A DNA stretch of 64,000 bases from NCBI GenBank assembly GCA_964350195.1, contig CAYGJB010000002.1, positions 15,675 through 79,674 of the forward strand. Direction: 5' to 3'. A program made the position numbers and the translations under genes. Positions within the stretch are counted from its first letter, which is position 1. Every line of letters starts with the position of its first letter. The DNA comes from an uncultured Pseudomonadota bacterium (lineage in GTDB: Bacteria > Babelota > Babeliae > Babelales > Vermiphilaceae). Positions 38,587 through 49,166 of the stretch are shown here, piece after piece. The notes beneath the pieces are model-generated. The model saw only the letters and a list, made by a program, of their open reading frames with translations, searched no databases and was not told where the DNA came from.

Positions 38587-40317
38587 ATGAAAAAAAATAT
38601 TTTTGTACGACTTTTATTTTTGCTATGCGCAGGGTTTATTATGTTTTCTTCTCCACTGCGTAGCAAAGATGGCAGGTTTGTAGATACGATTGAAGATAAT
38701 TTTGAAGAGGATATGTTACTTGGCAGTTACTTGGATGAAACCCCATTCGACAACAGCTCTACGCGAGCTACTATACCAGCATTTGATATCATAACTCTCA
38801 TTAAAGATGCGGGCGGATTTACCGTTCTCGATGAAGAACTTTATTTACGCACTAATCCTTTTGTAAAAAGAAGCATTTTAGATCTCCCTCTTTGGGAGAT
38901 GCATTCCTATCAAGAACCAGAACAGTGGATCTGTGGTGGTCAACTTTTTTGGAACTATATGAATAGAAGTGTGTTCACCTGCAAAAGCAGCAATATTAAT
39001 AGCTATCTCGATCTTGATAAAATCACCCTATTTAGCAAACTCGATACTATATCGGCCAAGATTAAAGAGAGCATTCCTGATGCAGGTCAAATTAGCGATC
39101 TTCTTGACTCTACGATGTTTGGAAAGACGCTGAAACTCTTTAGCAATTTTACCGTAGAACAACGCAGAATTGGTATTATGCTTCATGCATGGCGCCAATG
39201 GAAACGAGCTGAAGTTCGTATGCTTTGGCCCTTTTATTACATTGAACGCAACCATTTTGCGACTCCAAGCGAAAAAGCTGCTATAGAAAATGATTTTGGT
39301 GCTTTTACACCTGATGAGTTCAAGTCATTTAGTAAAAATCATGGCGCATCCGACAAACTTGGCTTTGGTGATTTTAGGTTTGAAGCAGACTATGCTGCCT
39401 TTCGATCTGATACCTTTGCTTTGCGTATTGGAGGATTTTTAACTTTGCCGATCGCGTTTACCGTCATAAAAGATATCAACGGATCATCCTTTAGCAATAA
39501 TTTAGCACAGCCAACCTTTAGTCTCCAAGACGCTTTTGATATTATTTTTAAAGATGGCGATTTGACCAATCCCACCGTAAGCGCAAACGAACAGGAAGCA
39601 ATGAGGCTGCTTTTAATTGGCAATATTTGTAAAAATAAAAATGGTTTTCTCTTAGGAGCGCTCGACCGATTAAACGCAATATTGCTTGATACGGAGCTTG
39701 GTAATCATCGGCATCTAGGGCTCGGCTTCATAATGCGCTCACGCACGTCGCTACGTGCATTACTCGATGAGTTTGAATGGTCCGACAATATATCATGGAA
39801 TAATCGCCTTTCAGTTGAATATCTCACACCAGCAAACGAAACCCGCTTTTATGCACGACGCATACCAGCAAAATCTTTTGATGATCTTGATACAGAAAGT
39901 ACCGATCCTGCTGTACAAGAAGCTACTGTTGCATTTCTTGACAAAGCGCTTGTTGATAAATTTTATCCCTATGCAATTAAAACACAGGTACATCCTGGCG
40001 TAATTTTTAGATGGTTTAGCAGGTGGTGTATCACCGGAGAAATATGGGATATTACGATCGGATCAGATTTTTGGTTACAACGAGATGAAACATTAAAAAA
40101 CTTAAATTGCGTTGACTCTGATTTATTACCAGAACTTGATATTAAACATGCGAAAAAAGGAATGGCGTACCAATTTAAATCAGTAGCTGGCCTTGGGCTT
40201 AAATTCATTCGGCCTGACTATGCTCTTTTCTTTAGCATTAATGCTGAAGGAACTAGCTGGAATAAAGGCATCGGAGATGATTGGGCTGTATCGCTCAATC
40301 TAGAAGCAAATTTTTAA
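38587..40317 (+). CDS. predicted outer-membrane beta-barrel protein
   Basis: Signal peptide. The C-terminal strands end ...AVSLNLEANF with a terminal Phe. No named family recognised. Confidence 0.55.
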   Translation: MKKNIFVRLLFLLCAGFIMFSSPLRSKDGRFVDTIEDNFEEDMLLGSYLDETPFDNSSTRATIPAFDIITLIKDAGGFTVLDEELYLRTNPFVKRSILDLPLWEMHSYQEPEQWICGGQLFWNYMNRSVFTCKSSNINSYLDLDKITLFSKLDTISAKIKESIPDAGQISDLLDSTMFGKTLKLFSNFTVEQRRIGIMLHAWRQWKRAEVRMLWPFYYIERNHFATPSEKAAIENDFGAFTPDEFKSFSKNHGASDKLGFGDFRFEADYAAFRSDTFALRIGGFLTLPIAFTVIKDINGSSFSNNLAQPTFSLQDAFDIIFKDGDLTNPTVSANEQEAMRLLLIGNICKNKNGFLLGALDRLNAILLDTELGNHRHLGLGFIMRSRTSLRALLDEFEWSDNISWNNRLSVEYLTPANETRFYARRIPAKSFDDLDTESTDPAVQEATVAFLDKALVDKFYPYAIKTQVHPGVIFRWFSRWCITGEIWDITIGSDFWLQRDETLKNLNCVDSDLLPELDIKHAKKGMAYQFKSVAGLGLKFIRPDYALFFSINAEGTSWNKGIGDDWAVSLNLEANF

Positions 40318-40339
40318 TTAAAGATATAAAGGTATTAAT

Positions 40340-41116
40340 ATGAAACAAGTAAAAATATTTGCACTGGCTCTCTTATTATCCTTTCCTTCTATCTCATTTT
40401 GCCACAGCTTGAAAGGACCTTTTTTACCTATTTTCAATAAGTATCTTATTGACACAATAGATGGCTCTAAGGTTGACGGAGAAACCGTCGGTAAAATAAA
40501 AAAATATCAAATGGATATGAGAAACATTTTATGTGGTAAGCTACAGCAAAATAAAACACATCTCGGTCAATATCTTTATGGCGATGCTAAATACTCTTTA
40601 AGCGAACTTGCACGAATAGAAGAAGAAGAAGGAACTAGTTCAACTTTTGCGACCCTACTCAAAAAAATGAGATCTGATTTTGAGAAAATTTCTGAGCCAT
40701 TTCGTGCTATCGTAAAAACTGTAACGGTAAAAGCCGCTATGGAGGTGCTTATAAAAGAATCTTGCGCCCTGCGCGGTAGGGAAGAAGGGGATTGTCTTCT
40801 TTTGGAATGGGCAAAACCAGGAAACAAAGACGAACATAAACTTTTTGATCATCACATCCAAAACATCGCTATTTTTGAGACTTTCCTTATTGATCTTAAC
40901 AACTTTTTGCACGATCTCATTGAAAGCTGCCCGAAAGCACAAGCTCAGTTTTTTGATCGGCTTGAAAAGTACAAAATAGTACGCAGCCTTTTGCCAGAAA
41001 CGGGCATTGATACAAAAAAAGAAGGGGAAGCTTTAAAAAAGATCTATCTTCATTTGAATAGCATGAAAATAGAAGAAATCACCCTAAACAAGATTAAAGA
41101 AATTTTAAAATCATAG
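40340..41116 (+). CDS. hypothetical secreted helical protein
   Basis: Signal peptide (..FPSISFC/HS), helical and charged. No recognisable family. Confidence 0.5.
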   Translation: MKQVKIFALALLLSFPSISFCHSLKGPFLPIFNKYLIDTIDGSKVDGETVGKIKKYQMDMRNILCGKLQQNKTHLGQYLYGDAKYSLSELARIEEEEGTSSTFATLLKKMRSDFEKISEPFRAIVKTVTVKAAMEVLIKESCALRGREEGDCLLLEWAKPGNKDEHKLFDHHIQNIAIFETFLIDLNNFLHDLIESCPKAQAQFFDRLEKYKIVRSLLPETGIDTKKEGEALKKIYLHLNSMKIEEITLNKIKEILKS

Positions 41117-41125
41117 TAAGGGGTT

Positions 41126-43291
41126 ATGCCTGAACAAGAACAGCTAAGTGGGGTTGTTGACCGCATCATTTTTCACAATGAAGAAAATGGCTTTACCATT
41201 TTCGTGGTAAACACCTCACGATCACATTCAGCACTCATCAAGGGACATATTCCCTCAATCCATGCCGGAGAACAAATAGAAGTTACTGGTTCATGGATTA
41301 TGCACCCAAAGTTTGGCAAACAGTTTGAAGCGCAAAACTGCAAAATTTCTTTACCTACAACTACTGTAGGTATTCAAAAGTATTTAGCATCCGGCATGAT
41401 TAAAGGGATTGGCCCTGTCTATGCAAAAAAGCTGGTAAAAAAGTTTGGCGATCAGGTTCTTGATATTATTGATAAAACTCCATATCGACTTCATGAAGTA
41501 CCTGGTATAGGACCCAAGCGAGTGGATAAAATCATCGAAGCATGGCAAGACCAAAAAGAGATATCGCATATTATGGTCTTCCTGCAAGAGAAAAACATCT
41601 CTCCCACGTATGCCACTAAAATTTATAAAAAATATGGCATGCAATCGATCTCTGTATTACAAGAAAACCCCTATCGACTTGCAGATGATATTTGGGGAAT
41701 TGGTTTTAAAATTGCCGATCAAATCGCTCAAAATATGGGGTGCGCCGTAGACTCCGCCAAAAGAATTCGTTCCGGAATTCTTTATGCTTTGTCTCAAGCA
41801 ATAGGATCAGGACATCTCTATGCTGAGCTTGAGGAGCTTAAACAAAAAGCTATCAAACTGCTGGAACTTGAAGAGCTCGCTGATATCGCCCACAAGCTCA
41901 AATTAGCTTTGCATGATTTATATAACAGCGATCGCATTGCCCTTCTCTCTCACGAAGAAAAACATTTTATCAGCCTTTCTTCCCATTATCATACAGAGCG
42001 AGGAGTGGCATCTCGCATAAAGCAGCTACTAGACCACAAGGGCCTTTCTTCTTTTGATTTAGATGCAATTTATGCCTCATTACGCATAAGCCAAGATATT
42101 GAACTTAATGACGATCAGCAGCGAGGAATTATCACTTGCCTACAACAAAAAATTACAATCATCACTGGCGGTCCTGGGACCGGTAAAACAACATTGATTA
42201 AAAAATTACTCGGTATCTTAGACAAAGAGAAAGTGCGCTATAAGCTCGCAGCTCCTACCGGCCGCGCTGCAAAGCGTATCACGGAAAGCACTGGCCATAA
42301 TGCCACCACGATTCATCGCTTGCTGGAATTTGATGTAAGCACAATGCAATTCAAGCACAATGATCGTAATGCACTAGACCTTGATCTATTGGTAATAGAT
42401 GAGGCCTCAATGCTTGATATTTTTTTGATGCACTCAGTCTTAAAAGCGATACCGTACAATGCGCATCTTATACTTATTGGAGACATTGATCAGCTTCCTT
42501 CTGTAGGTGCTGGCAATGTATTGCATGATTTGATCGTGAGCAAAATAATTCCCACGATTCAACTCACGCATATTTTTAGACAGGCAGAGAATAGCCTTAT
42601 CATTCAAAATGCTCACCGCATAAATAGAGGAGAATTTCCTACCTTTTCTCTTGAAAACAGTAAGCGTGATTTCATTTATATCAAAGAAGAAGATCCCACC
42701 AATGTTCCAGCTCTTTTAGAACGTATTTATAGAAAAGTAGGTAATCCTAAAAATTCAATCGTCCTCGTGCCGATGAATCGTGGCGCTGTTGGCACCGTAG
42801 CAATCAACCATGTATTGCAAAAATTTCTTAATGGCTCCGAAACGGAAAAACAGCTTACATTTGGTGGTACTCTATTTAAAATTGGTGATGCTGTGATGCA
42901 AATTCGCAACAACTATGACAAGAATGTATTCAATGGGGACATTGGCACTATTGAAGATATCAATCTACAAGATCGATCACTCATGATCCGCTATTCAAAT
43001 CTGCTCGTTGAGTATGAATCAACAGAATTTGATGAGCTTGTTCTTGCGTACGCTATTTCAATTCATAAAAGCCAGGGCTCTGAATTTGATACCGTTATTA
43101 TTCCGATTTTTATGCAACACTTTACTCTTTTACAGCGTAATTTGATCTATACTGCCGTTACTCGTGCAAAACATTTATGTATTTTGATTGGCCAACCAAA
43201 AGCAATTGCCATGGGAATCAAAAATAATAAAAGTATGGCACGTACCACTTTTCTTTCTCAGTTTTTAACAAGCGATTTAAAATGCAGATAA
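41126..43291 (+). CDS. recD2: RecD2-type SF1B DNA helicase
   Basis: N-terminal G.V.RIIF.NEENGF.I OB-like domain, HhH region, Walker A GGPGTGKTT, Walker B LVIDEASM, DQLPSVG, C-terminal AISIHKSQGSE. Confidence 0.92.
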   Translation: MPEQEQLSGVVDRIIFHNEENGFTIFVVNTSRSHSALIKGHIPSIHAGEQIEVTGSWIMHPKFGKQFEAQNCKISLPTTTVGIQKYLASGMIKGIGPVYAKKLVKKFGDQVLDIIDKTPYRLHEVPGIGPKRVDKIIEAWQDQKEISHIMVFLQEKNISPTYATKIYKKYGMQSISVLQENPYRLADDIWGIGFKIADQIAQNMGCAVDSAKRIRSGILYALSQAIGSGHLYAELEELKQKAIKLLELEELADIAHKLKLALHDLYNSDRIALLSHEEKHFISLSSHYHTERGVASRIKQLLDHKGLSSFDLDAIYASLRISQDIELNDDQQRGIITCLQQKITIITGGPGTGKTTLIKKLLGILDKEKVRYKLAAPTGRAAKRITESTGHNATTIHRLLEFDVSTMQFKHNDRNALDLDLLVIDEASMLDIFLMHSVLKAIPYNAHLILIGDIDQLPSVGAGNVLHDLIVSKIIPTIQLTHIFRQAENSLIIQNAHRINRGEFPTFSLENSKRDFIYIKEEDPTNVPALLERIYRKVGNPKNSIVLVPMNRGAVGTVAINHVLQKFLNGSETEKQLTFGGTLFKIGDAVMQIRNNYDKNVFNGDIGTIEDINLQDRSLMIRYSNLLVEYESTEFDELVLAYAISIHKSQGSEFDTVIIPIFMQHFTLLQRNLIYTAVTRAKHLCILIGQPKAIAMGIKNNKSMARTTFLSQFLTSDLKCR

Positions 43292-43923
43292 AGCAAACTA
43301 CAATCATTGTGGCGCTTTTACTGAATTACATTGTTCAAGCAAAAAACTTAACTATCATGCTTGATCCAGCAGGCGATGCCAAGCAAACTGGCAGAGTAAT
43401 TGAAGATAGCTTTGAGCGGGCAATAACATACGATATTGCTGGTGCATTGAAAGAAGCATTAGAAAAGGAAAAAATTATTAACTGTATTCTCACGCGATCT
43501 CCCGGAGAAACAGTGGGATCATTACAAAATGCACATTTTGCCAATCGATTACCTATAGATCTATATATACGTATCCAATGCTGCCAGGCCACTCATGAAA
43601 AGCACTCACTCTATTTGTACTTTCTATCTTATAACGAACAGCTTCCTGTAAAATCAAACCCCTTTAATCTGATACCTTTTGATAAAGCACATCTTACTTC
43701 TCTTGATCAATCAAAAAAAATAAGTACTGCCCTTGCTAACTATATCCATCACCAGCATCCTCACATTCTCCTGCTGCATGGCCCTTTTGGCGTTCCTTGC
43801 ACCCCACTTATGGGAATAGCTGCACCCGCTTTATGTATTGAATTTTCTATTTCAAAAAATGATAACTGGCGCCCTTCAATCATTCCGCTTGCCAAATCTG
43901 TTGAAAAATCTTTAGCATCATGA
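43282..43923 (+). CDS. amidase_3-like (N-acetylmuramoyl-L-alanine amidase fold) protein with degenerate active site
   Basis: Signal peptide. IMLDPAGDAKQTG occupies the position of the usual IDPGHGG.D.G. The L.RAN....DLYIRIQCC region aligns to R..AN...ADLFISIHAN. Zinc-ligand positions appear substituted. Confidence 0.5.
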   Translation: MQIKQTTIIVALLLNYIVQAKNLTIMLDPAGDAKQTGRVIEDSFERAITYDIAGALKEALEKEKIINCILTRSPGETVGSLQNAHFANRLPIDLYIRIQCCQATHEKHSLYLYFLSYNEQLPVKSNPFNLIPFDKAHLTSLDQSKKISTALANYIHHQHPHILLLHGPFGVPCTPLMGIAAPALCIEFSISKNDNWRPSIIPLAKSVEKSLAS

Positions 43924-44465
43924 AATCTATAACAGTAACTATTACAAGCGGTGCTGCATGTTTGTTTGGAGCATTTTTTTATCTATGGCTACATGAGTGG
44001 ATTGTTATCCACCGGCCACAGCATGCAACATCTGTACGGAAAATATCCTCTCAAAAAAAGAACGTTTTACTCCATTATTGGAAAAACAATAGCTGGTACA
44101 AAGAATCCGATGAAATTATGTGGCCATCACAAAGCTGCTTGGCTGTACAACAACTGATAAATCGCTGGCTTCATCTACTAGAAGAAAGCGAGCTTATTGC
44201 CAAACATGTGGGAGTTGAATCAGTTGCACAAGCCCCCAACCATCAAACTCTTTATATTTCTTTTGATCGATATCCTCTATCAAAAGAGTGGTCGATGTTT
44301 CGTAAATGGATGTTTATCGAAGGTCTTTTAAAAACAATACGAGAACAAAGCCCCTCTTTCCGTGAAATTCTCTTTCTTATTCGCCATCAGCCTATGCATG
44401 ATATCCATCTTGATTTTAGCCACCCGTGGCACATTTCTGGCTATCTTGAACGCCCATTGCAATAA
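43920..44465 (+). CDS. hypothetical membrane-anchored protein, possibly GerM-like
   Basis: N-terminal TM helix. The start overlaps the stop of the amidase-like gene (ATGA). There is weak resemblance to GerM-type domains that accompany amidases. Confidence 0.35.
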   Translation: MKSITVTITSGAACLFGAFFYLWLHEWIVIHRPQHATSVRKISSQKKNVLLHYWKNNSWYKESDEIMWPSQSCLAVQQLINRWLHLLEESELIAKHVGVESVAQAPNHQTLYISFDRYPLSKEWSMFRKWMFIEGLLKTIREQSPSFREILFLIRHQPMHDIHLDFSHPWHISGYLERPLQ

Positions 44466-44527
44466 ATAATGCAAGCGATACACTAAACAAAAAGTAATCA
44501 ATAGCGTACGAAAAAAAGGATATTTTA

Positions 44528-45808
44528 ATGAAGCGAGTTACAATAGCCCTATTACTTTTGGGCTCTCTTTTTTTTATGAAAGCAGCCAATGAAATTGAAG
44601 AATTAAAGCCTATTTCTGCGCGCTGGCCAATTAAAATGGGTGGTTATATAAAAAATGAATCATTCTGGGATACAAGACAAGTGGAGGGAGCTCGTGAAGA
44701 TCAAACACTTCTTTATCCTAAAAAAATAGAGCTTGATGCTAACTGCAACGATTTAAACAGCCAAGGCCAATGGACGATGGTAGCACTGCAAACTCGTATG
44801 CGCTGGGAGATTGATGGCCCAAAAGTAAAAAATGCAAATAGCTCAGGAACTATTGAATATGATTTTTTTGGTAGAGCAGGCATAGGAAATATTTTTCGTA
44901 TGCGCCATGCATATATGATGCTTACATGGGAAAAGGTTCAAATGCTTATGGGGCAAGCATATCATCCATTGTATGTAATCGGGGTTGATCCTCGTACAAT
45001 TTCATTCAATACAGGAATCCCCCTTGATACCTTCTCGCGTAATCCTCAATTTAGAATAGCGTATAAACCCGAAAAGCATTTTGAGCTAACATTCTGTGGA
45101 TCGGCAGAGCTTGATTTCCCTACAGATGGTCCCATTGGCAAAAGCACTACCTATTTGAGAGATAGCGTAACTCCCATGCTCGATTTTCGTTTGGACACTT
45201 ATTGGGGCGAGCATAGAGCAGGATTAGGCATTGATTATAAGCGCATCAGACCCCGTCTTAAAACAGATACTGGTCTAAAAACAAATGAAACATTGAATAG
45301 CGCGATTGCTATCGCATATACCAAATTGAAGTGGGACTCGTTCAATACTCGCTTTAAATTCATTTTCTATCAAAACGCTACTGATCAAAACATGATAGGT
45401 GGTTATGCGGTAAAAACGGTAGATCCAGATAGCGATAAACGAGAGTATGCCAATCTTAATGGTATCGCGTTTTGGAACGATACCGATATCACCTACAGCA
45501 AATCTATTATTCCTGGATGGTTTATCGGTATTGCCAAAAACCTTGGTGCGCGAACCACTATCTTACAAAATGTAATTGATACTGGTGGAAATATTACTGA
45601 TAGAAGAATTTATGGTGATGGAACCGATTTAAATTATCTTTTTCGAGTAGCCCCTCGTATTTTATGGAAAATTAATAATTTCACTTTTGCTGCCGAAGTT
45701 GAATACACTCGAGCTGCTTATGGCACAATTAATTGCGATGGAGAGGTTATTGATACCGATCCGGTGGGAGTAACTCGTGTTTTAGCTAGTGTGTTTTACC
45801 ACTTTTAA
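44528..45808 (+). CDS. predicted outer-membrane beta-barrel/porin-like protein
   Basis: Signal peptide, alternating strands, and a C-terminal ...VLASVFYHF. Confidence 0.6.
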   Translation: MKRVTIALLLLGSLFFMKAANEIEELKPISARWPIKMGGYIKNESFWDTRQVEGAREDQTLLYPKKIELDANCNDLNSQGQWTMVALQTRMRWEIDGPKVKNANSSGTIEYDFFGRAGIGNIFRMRHAYMMLTWEKVQMLMGQAYHPLYVIGVDPRTISFNTGIPLDTFSRNPQFRIAYKPEKHFELTFCGSAELDFPTDGPIGKSTTYLRDSVTPMLDFRLDTYWGEHRAGLGIDYKRIRPRLKTDTGLKTNETLNSAIAIAYTKLKWDSFNTRFKFIFYQNATDQNMIGGYAVKTVDPDSDKREYANLNGIAFWNDTDITYSKSIIPGWFIGIAKNLGARTTILQNVIDTGGNITDRRIYGDGTDLNYLFRVAPRILWKINNFTFAAEVEYTRAAYGTINCDGEVIDTDPVGVTRVLASVFYHF

Positions 45809-48800
45809 GAAGGTCAATTTTTTTCCATTCAGGCGCCCCTTCGTTAAACCATAGAGTATGAAGCAGCGTTCTGGTCTTTGGATCAAATTGTAAATAGAGC
45901 CCCTTATAATCTTCGCCTTTAATGGCAATGAGCTCCGACATTATCTTTTCTCTAGTAACCGGCTTTTCTATACTTTGCATCGTGGTAAGAAATAAATCCA
46001 TCGAAACATATGCCTCTAAGCTAAAAATGTCTGGAGTAACGTTGTATGTTTTACATGCTTCATTAAATTGCTTAACAATCTCTAATGTACTCGTGAGAGG
46101 GTTCGGCATCACATTCACATAAGTAAATGAAAGACCTGTGTCTTTCATAAACTTAATAACTCTCTCTTCACCAAAGTCAGAGTTACCAATCAATTTCAAC
46201 GACTTAATATTTTGAATGCCATATTGACGAATAAAACTTCTACCTGCAATAGAAGTAGTGAAAAAAAGAATCGCTTCTGGCTTGAATTCACTAATTCTTG
46301 CTACTTGTTCCGAGAAATCCATTTTGTTTCTTTTATAGGGCACTGCAATATAATCGCTTATCTTTCTTTCTTTAAGCAGTTCAACTGAAGCATCCAAAAG
46401 CCCCCTTCCAAAAGAGTCTTCTTGATAAAATAAAGCAAGCTTTTTAGTCTCCAATGTATCAAGAGCATATTCGGTAAGCACACGTCCCTCTGTGGCATAG
46501 GAAGCGCGTAAGTGAATAAGATGACTAAGATTTTCTTCACGAAACATAGGCGCACCCGTTATAGGAAAAAATACCGAAACGCTTCCCTCTTTTACTAAAT
46601 CTAGATAAGATTCTAATGTAGGACTTCCTACAGGGCATATCAATGTACTAATCCCCTCAGATAAAAATTTTTTAACATCTTTTTTCGTTTCTGAAGGAGT
46701 ATACGCATCATCAATAATTGAAATAGTAGGAATCTTTTTAAGCATTTCCACTTGAGCTTGCTTAAGGCGAATCTCTAGCCCTGCCTGTACGGCTTTGCCT
46801 TGCACCTTTGCCCCAAGAGATAGATCTATCGTAGAACCAAGACGTAACACATTATCATTTTCTACAAGCTCTTCTTTTTCTATGGCAGTTTTTCTTGGTA
46901 CTGATTTTGCATACCGAGCAATCCATGCTCCTTGACCAGGATCAATCCATAATGTTTCAGAGAGCTCACGCGTTTCTGGATTAAGATTTAAGTTTAAACC
47001 CTTGAATGAATAGTTATTAAAGCTCTCACCCACCTTAATGATGGCCTCTTTAGTAATAGGCCCCTTTATTTTACTCAATATCAAAAATAAGATACTTGCG
47101 TTTATGTATTGCTCAAAAGCAACCTTATCATATGATAAATTTTTTCTGTCCGCCCATTCCCGATACTCTTTGGCAATTTGAAGAGTACTGGTAGCAGGAT
47201 CAGGAACCATCCGAATAAGTACAAACTCCAAACCTTTATCTTTCAAAAATCGCTCAAAGGCATCTTCATATACAGAAAGACCAAGAAGCTTCTTTCCTGC
47301 AAAATATTGTACTCCTAGCTGACGTATTAATCCCCGTATAGCAAGAGCGTTTGTGAAGAACAGTATCGTATCAGGATTGGCTTCTTTTATTTTTTCAGCC
47401 TGCGATTTGTAATCTACTACATTTCGCTCATGTGGTACCTCAATGAAACTCGTCATACCTTCCTCTTTCAAGGTCCTGCGAGCCCCTTCAAGCGCTCCAC
47501 GACCAAACGCATCATCCTGATAAAAAAGAGCAATTTTTTTTGATTTTAAGTCTTTAAGAGCGTAGTTAATCAGTTCTTCACCCTCACGAATATACGATCC
47601 TCGATAGTGAAGAATATTTTTTAAGTTTTGATTTCTAAAAAGAGGAGACCCAGTAAAGGGAAATAATACAAGCACATCACCACGCTGGATCATATCCAGA
47701 TACGATTCAAGAGACGCACTTCCTTGAGAACCTATAAGAAAAGTGGTACCGTCTTTCATCAACTCTTCCACCGCTCCTCGAGTCTTATGTGGAGTATACT
47801 CGTCATCAATTGTTCTAATCTGGGGAATAAGATTTGCAATAGAATCAGTAACAAGCTCCCTATCAAATGCAAGCTCTAAACCCTCTTTAACTTTTTTACC
47901 AATAGGACTCGCTCCTTTTGATAAATCCATAGTTGAACCAAAATTGATCACTGTAGATTTTTTACGCTCTCCTGAAACAAATATTTCTCTACCGGTAATG
48001 AGATTATATAGAGCAGCTTCTTGAAAACCTTCAAGCTTTTTTATGTCCTGATTAATCAAAGCAATCGTCCAGCTATTGATCCTTTTTGCTATTTTAATCT
48101 CTGCAAAAGCATCGTAATGGAAGTTATACAATATTTGATTTCGTTCTGTTGGAGAAGAAAATACAAGCCACTTTGTCGCTCCTTCAAATGAACCAATAAG
48201 GCTCAGCCCTGTTGTTACGTGAAAATTTATTGCTCGATCTTCCCCTGTTATATATGCCTGCAATTGCACCGTTTTCTTATTTTCATCACTCGTCGCATTG
48301 CTACTCCTTTTTTTACTGAGCAAAAATGTACTATGTTGATCTTTGGTATTTAAAAGCTGCGATAGATTATTAGCAGTAAGGTAGTTTTTAATTTTATCGT
48401 TATTACCAATAAGAACAGTTTCAAGCCTGTCCTTCTCATCCTGCGTAAGAAATAAAGCAAGCGGCAAAGATTTAAAGAAGCGATTAAATAAGGATGCAAA
48501 CGGAATCAACTCTTTTGAAAAACCTTCTCCTCTCATTTTAAGCTCTCTAATAAGCTCAAAATTTTGCCAGCGTTCTTCAATTTCATGAGATCCACACGTA
48601 TAAAAAACATGATTAGGATTCTTTTTCATAAGCAGTAAGACTACAAAGAATGTTTCTAAAATAAATGGAGACCCTCCAACAACATTCCCGTTAAAAACTA
48701 CATAATAGTTTGGCTTAATAATTTTAAAAGAATCATCAATTATGTTGCGCTCTTTAAGATAAGCTAAATCACGCAAAAAAGAATGAAAGGCACCAAATAG

Positions 48801-49166
48801 ATCTGTCCATATCAAAAAAGTATCGTTTGCAATTGGTTTAAACTGTTGCCCAAAAGGAGTGTCTCTCTTTTTCTTTTCTCTTTCACCAACCATCTGCTCA
48901 AGAACATCTTTAAAAACTCCAATATCAAACAGCTTTTTTCCTAATCCAAACCGCATTGATAGCCGAGAAAAAAAGTTAGGACGTTGCTTTCTATGAAACG
49001 AGTCAAAAACTGGATGCTGCCAATTTTTATTATCTGGCATTACTGATTTTGGAAGCACTTTTGCATAAGATTCTGCCTGCGAAAGGGTAAAAAAATGAGC
49101 AAACGTTATAGAGAAAGTAGAAAACAAACACAATAAACCAATCACAAATAGTCGCTTCATCTTCAT
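45786..49166 (-). CDS. periplasmic multidomain protein: degenerate PPP-phosphatase-like domain plus two type-1 periplasmic-binding (LivK/Peripla_BP_6-like) modules
   Basis: Signal peptide. In aa ~105-395, FLIWTDLFG / FNGNVVGG / CGSHE sit where GDxHG / GDxVDRG / GNHE are expected. aa ~405-750 and ~773-1118 are paralogous PBP1 modules (INFGSTMDLSKGAS../LRLGSTIDLSLGAK.., ..IDDEYTP../..IDDAYTP.., KKIALFYQDDAFGRG/KKLALFYQEDSFGRG). Confidence 0.7.
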   Translation of the reverse strand: MKMKRLFVIGLLCLFSTFSITFAHFFTLSQAESYAKVLPKSVMPDNKNWQHPVFDSFHRKQRPNFFSRLSMRFGLGKKLFDIGVFKDVLEQMVGEREKKKRDTPFGQQFKPIANDTFLIWTDLFGAFHSFLRDLAYLKERNIIDDSFKIIKPNYYVVFNGNVVGGSPFILETFFVVLLLMKKNPNHVFYTCGSHEIEERWQNFELIRELKMRGEGFSKELIPFASLFNRFFKSLPLALFLTQDEKDRLETVLIGNNDKIKNYLTANNLSQLLNTKDQHSTFLLSKKRSSNATSDENKKTVQLQAYITGEDRAINFHVTTGLSLIGSFEGATKWLVFSSPTERNQILYNFHYDAFAEIKIAKRINSWTIALINQDIKKLEGFQEAALYNLITGREIFVSGERKKSTVINFGSTMDLSKGASPIGKKVKEGLELAFDRELVTDSIANLIPQIRTIDDEYTPHKTRGAVEELMKDGTTFLIGSQGSASLESYLDMIQRGDVLVLFPFTGSPLFRNQNLKNILHYRGSYIREGEELINYALKDLKSKKIALFYQDDAFGRGALEGARRTLKEEGMTSFIEVPHERNVVDYKSQAEKIKEANPDTILFFTNALAIRGLIRQLGVQYFAGKKLLGLSVYEDAFERFLKDKGLEFVLIRMVPDPATSTLQIAKEYREWADRKNLSYDKVAFEQYINASILFLILSKIKGPITKEAIIKVGESFNNYSFKGLNLNLNPETRELSETLWIDPGQGAWIARYAKSVPRKTAIEKEELVENDNVLRLGSTIDLSLGAKVQGKAVQAGLEIRLKQAQVEMLKKIPTISIIDDAYTPSETKKDVKKFLSEGISTLICPVGSPTLESYLDLVKEGSVSVFFPITGAPMFREENLSHLIHLRASYATEGRVLTEYALDTLETKKLALFYQEDSFGRGLLDASVELLKERKISDYIAVPYKRNKMDFSEQVARISEFKPEAILFFTTSIAGRSFIRQYGIQNIKSLKLIGNSDFGEERVIKFMKDTGLSFTYVNVMPNPLTSTLEIVKQFNEACKTYNVTPDIFSLEAYVSMDLFLTTMQSIEKPVTREKIMSELIAIKGEDYKGLYLQFDPKTRTLLHTLWFNEGAPEWKKIDLLKSGKTH

